A stretch of 64,000 nucleotides of DNA from the NCBI GenBank assembly GCA_965242525.1, contig OZ251459.1, positions 1,280,001-1,344,000 on the forward strand. Direction: 5' to 3'. Positions 60,801 through 64,000 of the stretch are shown piece after piece. Numbering within the stretch: the first letter of the stretch is position 1; each line of letters begins with the position of its first letter. The notes under the pieces were generated by a model, which had not been told where the DNA came from, ran no database searches, and saw only the letters and a list, made by a program, of their open reading frames with translations. The DNA is from an uncultured Candidatus Binatia bacterium. Its GTDB lineage: Bacteria; Desulfobacterota; Binatia; UBA9968; JAJDTQ01. Both the position numbers and the translations under genes were made by a program.

Positions 60801-61196
60801 AGCTATCCCGAAGCGTTCCGCTACGACGACGCGACACAGACGCTTCACGTGGGCGCGGGCGAGTTCGCGCCAGTCACGCCCGAGGTCCATGGGTTCGAGG
60901 TCTCCGGCCTCAAGGTGGTCCAATCCTGGCTCAAGTACCGCATGAAGGACCGGGGCGGCAAGAAGTCCTCGCCCCTGGACGCCATCCGCCCGGAGCGATG
61001 GACGCCGGGGTTCACCACCGAATTGCTGGAGTTGCTCTGGGTGCTGGAGGCCACCCTCGATAGCTACCCGGAACAGGCGCGCCTGCTCGACGCGGTGGTC
61101 GAAGGCCCCTGCTTCCGGGCCGACGAGTCGCCGCCCGTCCACGAGGCCATGAGGAAGCCGCCGGGCTCGGCCGAGGTTCCGGAGAGGCTGCTCTGA
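57882..61196 (+). CDS. Type ISP/IIG-like restriction-modification enzyme (nuclease-like N-terminus + N6 MTase + Type_ISP_C-like domain)
   Basis: RPDY...YVEIK..Q..RF, GAYYTP, DPAAGTG, GNPPY, YRSFD, SGLKVVQSWLKYR. Confidence 0.88.
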   Translation: MNNHVSIHGALQDLAAAVTEKTTQPTAGEPEDQLRAPFETFMADVAAALGRRVTCTGETPLPDRLGRPDYAVHGNGLLVGYVEIKAPGTGADAARFKGRNRQQFQRFSAIPNLLYTDGNQWALYRGGERAGGVVRLSGDVARDGRHAAAVEDAPGVERLVRDFLSWEPLLPLDGKGRMDLRRFADLLAPLCRMLRDDVADALADPASPLVHLAGDWRQLLFPHASDVQFADAYAQTVAFALLLGRSEGADPLTLEGAQAALAAQHGLLSRALQVLTDPGVRAEMSASLDLLLRVLAVVPPAALAGPQDPWLYFYEDFLAAYDPKLRKDAGAYYTPVEVVRAQVRLVDDLLVHRLNRRLGFTEPGVVTLDPAAGTGTYLLGVVEHALGRVEAEQGTGAVAGQAAELANNLYGFELMAGPYAVSELRVSRALRDRGASSADAARVYLTDTLESPHAEPPQLPLFLRPISEQRRKALAVKRETPVLVCIGNPPYDRHEAATPHNGDHTGSWVRWGENGALPAKASSSRAAGADAIFRDFLDPVVAAGRGVHLKNLYNLYVYFWRWALWKVFEHDTARGPGVVSFITASSYLDGDAFRGMREHMRRVCDEVWILDLGGEGRGTRKSDNVFAIQTPVAIAVAARTGKAKEDEPAKVRYARIDGTRRQKLAALDAIDGFRKVAWQDCPNEWQAAFRPAGKGDYFAWPLLTDLMPWQHSGVQLKRTWPIAPDADTLERRWRALLAASGANRTAAFRETRDRKVSSECPPLLSGDETTPIASLGRDAPTPRMERYAYRSFDRQRLFLDTRLADYLRPALWRAHGERQVYVTSLLSQVLGNGPALTACALLPDLHHFPGGSGKSIVPLYRTADASEANLLPGLQDLLGKTLGRKVTPEHFLAYVYGVLAHPAFTARFSEELETRDLRVPLTRDAGLFERVRRTGARLLRLHTYGERFAGGRQRGRVPRGAARCVRAVPGDPASYPEAFRYDDATQTLHVGAGEFAPVTPEVHGFEVSGLKVVQSWLKYRMKDRGGKKSSPLDAIRPERWTPGFTTELLELLWVLEATLDSYPEQARLLDAVVEGPCFRADESPPVHEAMRKPPGSAEVPERLL

Positions 61197-61308
61197 GCGG
61201 GCTTTCCCGGTCTGTGGGACCCCGCACCCGCCTGGTTGGCGACATGTCATCCACGTCCCATGCCGGCCTCCTTCCACCGGGAAGTCTGCCGGCGTCCTGA
61301 TTTGCCGC

Positions 61309-62187
61309 ATGTTGCGGGCCGCTCGACAGACCCGGGCCTATCTCTACGCGGGCCTCACGGTGCTCTTCTGGTCCACGTGCGCCACCGCGTTCAAGCTCTC
61401 GTTGCGCCACGTGGGCGCGGACGTGCTGGTGTTCTACTCCTCCGCGGCGTCCACGGCCGTGCTGCTCGGGGTCACCGCGGCCACCGGTCGCCTGGGACGG
61501 CTCCGGGAGTGGCGCCTCGCCGACTACCGCGCCTCCCTCTGCCTGGGTTTCCTGAACCCTTTCCTCTACTACCTCATGGTCTTCCGGGCCTACGACCTCC
61601 TGCCGGCCCAGGAAGCCCAGGCGCTGAACTTCATCTGGCCCATGGTGCTGACCCTGGCTTCCATCATCCTCCTGCGGCAGCCCGTCAGCCTGCGCTCGAT
61701 GGCGGCCATGGCCGTCGGCTTCTCCGGCGCGGCGACCGTGGCCACCCGGGGACGGTTCCTGCGTCCGGCAAACCCCCAGGGAGCCGTACTTGCCCTGGGA
61801 AGTACCGTCGTATGGGCCCTCTACTGGATCTACGGGATCAAGGACGTCCGGGACCCGGTGACTCGCCTGCTGGTGAACTTCGGGTTCGGATGCGCGTTCA
61901 CCGGCGGTTACCTGTGGCTCACCGGCGCGCTGGTCCTGCCCGGGACCCCGGGACTGGCCGGCGCCGCCTACATCGGCGCGTTCGAGATGGGCGTCACCTT
62001 CGTCACGTGGCTCCAGGCCCTCAGGCTCTCCCGCACCACAGCCCAGGTGAGCCAACTGATCTACCTCACGCCCTTCCTCTCGCTCTTCGTGATCCGGTGG
62101 TTCGTGGGAGAGGCCATTTCCGCGAGCACGGTGGCGGGACTCGCCCTGATCGCGGGCGGCATCGCGCTACAGCGGCGCGGGGCCTGA
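61309..62187 (+). CDS. EamA/DMT family transporter
   Basis: About 10 TM helices in two EamA repeats; LGFLNPFLYY, LIYLTPFLS. Confidence 0.9.
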   Translation: MLRAARQTRAYLYAGLTVLFWSTCATAFKLSLRHVGADVLVFYSSAASTAVLLGVTAATGRLGRLREWRLADYRASLCLGFLNPFLYYLMVFRAYDLLPAQEAQALNFIWPMVLTLASIILLRQPVSLRSMAAMAVGFSGAATVATRGRFLRPANPQGAVLALGSTVVWALYWIYGIKDVRDPVTRLLVNFGFGCAFTGGYLWLTGALVLPGTPGLAGAAYIGAFEMGVTFVTWLQALRLSRTTAQVSQLIYLTPFLSLFVIRWFVGEAISASTVAGLALIAGGIALQRRGA

Positions 62188-62200
62188 AGCGCACGGCCTC

Positions 62201-63193
62201 TCAGTCCGCTTTCTCGCCGAAGGGAAGCTCCGTCCCCAGGCCCTTCTCCCGCGCCAACCCGTAGATCCAGCTCGCGATCCCCACGTCCAGTATGCCCATG
62301 CCCGGGGACTCGTAGAGGATGACCTCGCGGTCGCTCCGGCGTCCGGGCTCCTTCCCCGCCACCACGTCGCAGAGCTCCGCGGCCACGTCCTCCCGGCTGA
62401 ACCGGCCGCTTGCCATGAGCGAGGGGAAAGGTTTCCGGGGCGGGGTGTCGCCCAGCACCTGGTCCGTGCCGGAGAGGAACACCCGCGACCGTTCCACGGT
62501 GGATTCGTCGAACTCCCCGGGGGCCAGGGACATGAGCAGCGCCCCGGGCTCCAGCCAGTCGCCCTCGAACACCACGGTGTTCCCGGAGGTGGCCAGCAGC
62601 ATGATGTCGGCGCCGGCAACGGCTTCCCGGCCGGACTCCGCCGCCGCGACCTCCACTTCCAGCACCGCGGCCATCTCTTCGCAGAAACGCCTGCGGTTCT
62701 CGGCGCTTCGGCTGTACGCCTTGACGCGCCGGATGGGGCGAACCGAGCAGCACGCCCGGACGAAACCCCGGGCGTAGCGTCCCGTCCCGATGACCCCCAG
62801 GGTCTGCGCGTCCGCCCGGGCCAGGTGCTTCGCGGCCACGCCGTAAGGGGACGCGGTGCGGATGGCGTGCAGGTGGTAGTCGGAGATGATGGCGGTCATC
62901 TCCATGTCCTTCCAGTCGAAGAGGCAGATGACCTCCGAGCGGTTGGTTCCCCGGTACCCGGAATAGACCCGCACGGCCGCGGCCCCCAGCTCCGGCGCCA
63001 TGCCCGGCAGGATGCGGATGTTGTGCCAGAGGTGCCCCGGGTGGTCCGGATGCTCCATGGTCAGGCGCTTGAGGTGGTGGGTGCTGCCCGCGGACTGCTG
63101 GCGCAGCACCTCCTCGATGACCGCCACCGCTTCGCCGTAGGCGTCCCGGCCCTCCATGGCCCGGAGGACGTCCCGTTCCGTGAGGAAGAGCAT
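62201..63193 (-). CDS. Ornithine cyclodeaminase/mu-crystallin family protein
   Basis: IRTAS, IGTGRYA, LATS, GRRSDREVILYESPGMGILD; GGAGG RBS. Confidence 0.88.
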   Translation of the reverse strand: MLFLTERDVLRAMEGRDAYGEAVAVIEEVLRQQSAGSTHHLKRLTMEHPDHPGHLWHNIRILPGMAPELGAAAVRVYSGYRGTNRSEVICLFDWKDMEMTAIISDYHLHAIRTASPYGVAAKHLARADAQTLGVIGTGRYARGFVRACCSVRPIRRVKAYSRSAENRRRFCEEMAAVLEVEVAAAESGREAVAGADIMLLATSGNTVVFEGDWLEPGALLMSLAPGEFDESTVERSRVFLSGTDQVLGDTPPRKPFPSLMASGRFSREDVAAELCDVVAGKEPGRRSDREVILYESPGMGILDVGIASWIYGLAREKGLGTELPFGEKAD

Positions 63194-63204
63194 GGCGCCT
63201 CCCC

Positions 63205-64000
63205 CTACCGCGCCGACCCGCGGGCTCCCGGCCGCGGGCCTCCGGCCCCCGGCTTCGCCAAGTTTCGGACCAGGCGCCGGGCCCGTTCCACCGCCCCGGG
63301 CTCGATGGACAGGGACGAGGCGAACCCGTCCAGGGGCCGGGTGGCGTCGATGCCCATCTTGGCGGTGACGGCGTCGGTGGCCGAGGGGTCGAGCAGCGTG
63401 CCCATGGCGGCATCCACGATGAACACGTCCCGGTTGGCCTGCATCCGCGTGGCCACGGCCCAGAGCACCGCTTCCTCGTCGAACACGTCGATGTCGTCGT
63501 CCACCACCACCACCAGCTTCACGTAGTGGTCGGCGCCCATCACGCTGAAGATGGCCTGTTTCCCCTGTCCCTCCGCGGTCTTGCGCAGCGACACGTAGCA
63601 GTGGAAGCTGCCGATGCCGGAGCGCACCGGCACGTGCACGGCCTTGAGGTTCGGGATGGTCTTCTCCAGCACGTTGGTGAACTCCACCTCCCGCGGCATG
63701 GACAGGCAGCGGCAATGCTCCATGCTGTCGCCGCCGTTGATGTCCTGGTAGAGGGCGTCCTTCCGGTAGTGCAGCGCGGTGGCCTCGAAGACGTTCTCGG
63801 TGCTCCGATTCGAGGCGTACCCCGTGAACTCGCCGAAGGGCCCCTCCTTCTCCCGCACCCCGTTCAGGATCCGCCCCTCGACGACGATCTCCGACCACCG
63901 GGGCACGTTGACTTCCACCGTGGCGCAGGGCGCGAGCTCCAGCGGTTCGCCCAGGAGACCCCCCTGCAAGGCGAACTTCTCCACCCCCGCGGGCGGCAGC
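63205..64000 (-). CDS. UbiD family decarboxylase (C-terminal part; start lies beyond the window)
   Basis: EIVVEG, EGPFGEFTGY, VVVDDDIDVF, WAVATR, KMGIDAT. Confidence 0.9.
   Translation of the reverse strand, partial: LPPAGVEKFALQGGLLGEPLELAPCATVEVNVPRWSEIVVEGRILNGVREKEGPFGEFTGYASNRSTENVFEATALHYRKDALYQDINGGDSMEHCRCLSMPREVEFTNVLEKTIPNLKAVHVPVRSGIGSFHCYVSLRKTAEGQGKQAIFSVMGADHYVKLVVVVDDDIDVFDEEAVLWAVATRMQANRDVFIVDAAMGTLLDPSATDAVTAKMGIDATRPLDGFASSLSIEPGAVERARRLVRNLAKPGAGGPRPGARGSAR

Overview
High-GC bacterial chromosomal window. The gene repertoire (many amidohydrolase, UbiD and Mo-hydroxylase genes, deltaproteobacterial-type housekeeping order) suggests a Binatia/Desulfobacterota-like organism; this is inference only. 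The left third (1-22 kb) is accessory/catabolic: two inverted paralogous GT-C-like membrane proteins, an ABC-ATPase + DUF4276 pair with an in-frame amber stop, argC, a UbiD decarboxylase, a cyclic amidohydrolase, a three-subunit Mo-hydroxylase and a COG0523 GTPase with a fused Cys-rich domain. The middle holds recR-ybaB-dnaX, SRP RNA, tRNA-Ser, a type ISP/IIG-like restriction-modification gene bracketed and invaded by REP-like palindromes, a PhnCDE-like (putative selenate clade) ABC transporter, a YgfZ/GcvT protein and a peroxiredoxin with an in-frame UGA at its catalytic site plus a SECIS-like hairpin, which the ORF track missed. The right part is a long minus-strand housekeeping run (pheA-hisC-tyrA-aroA-cmk-rpsA-ihfB-AAA/VWA-mutS-amidase-glnD-xerD-S2P-trpS-scpAB-rluB-NUDIX), a second REP-preceded type ISP/IIG gene, an EamA transporter, an ornithine cyclodeaminase-family gene and a partial UbiD. 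Best leads: the selenocysteine peroxiredoxin near a putative selenate transporter; the association of three REP families with RM genes, including in-frame coding insertions; and the inverted membrane-protein paralogs with a hypervariable disulfide domain. All family assignments are by motif recognition; no searches were run.
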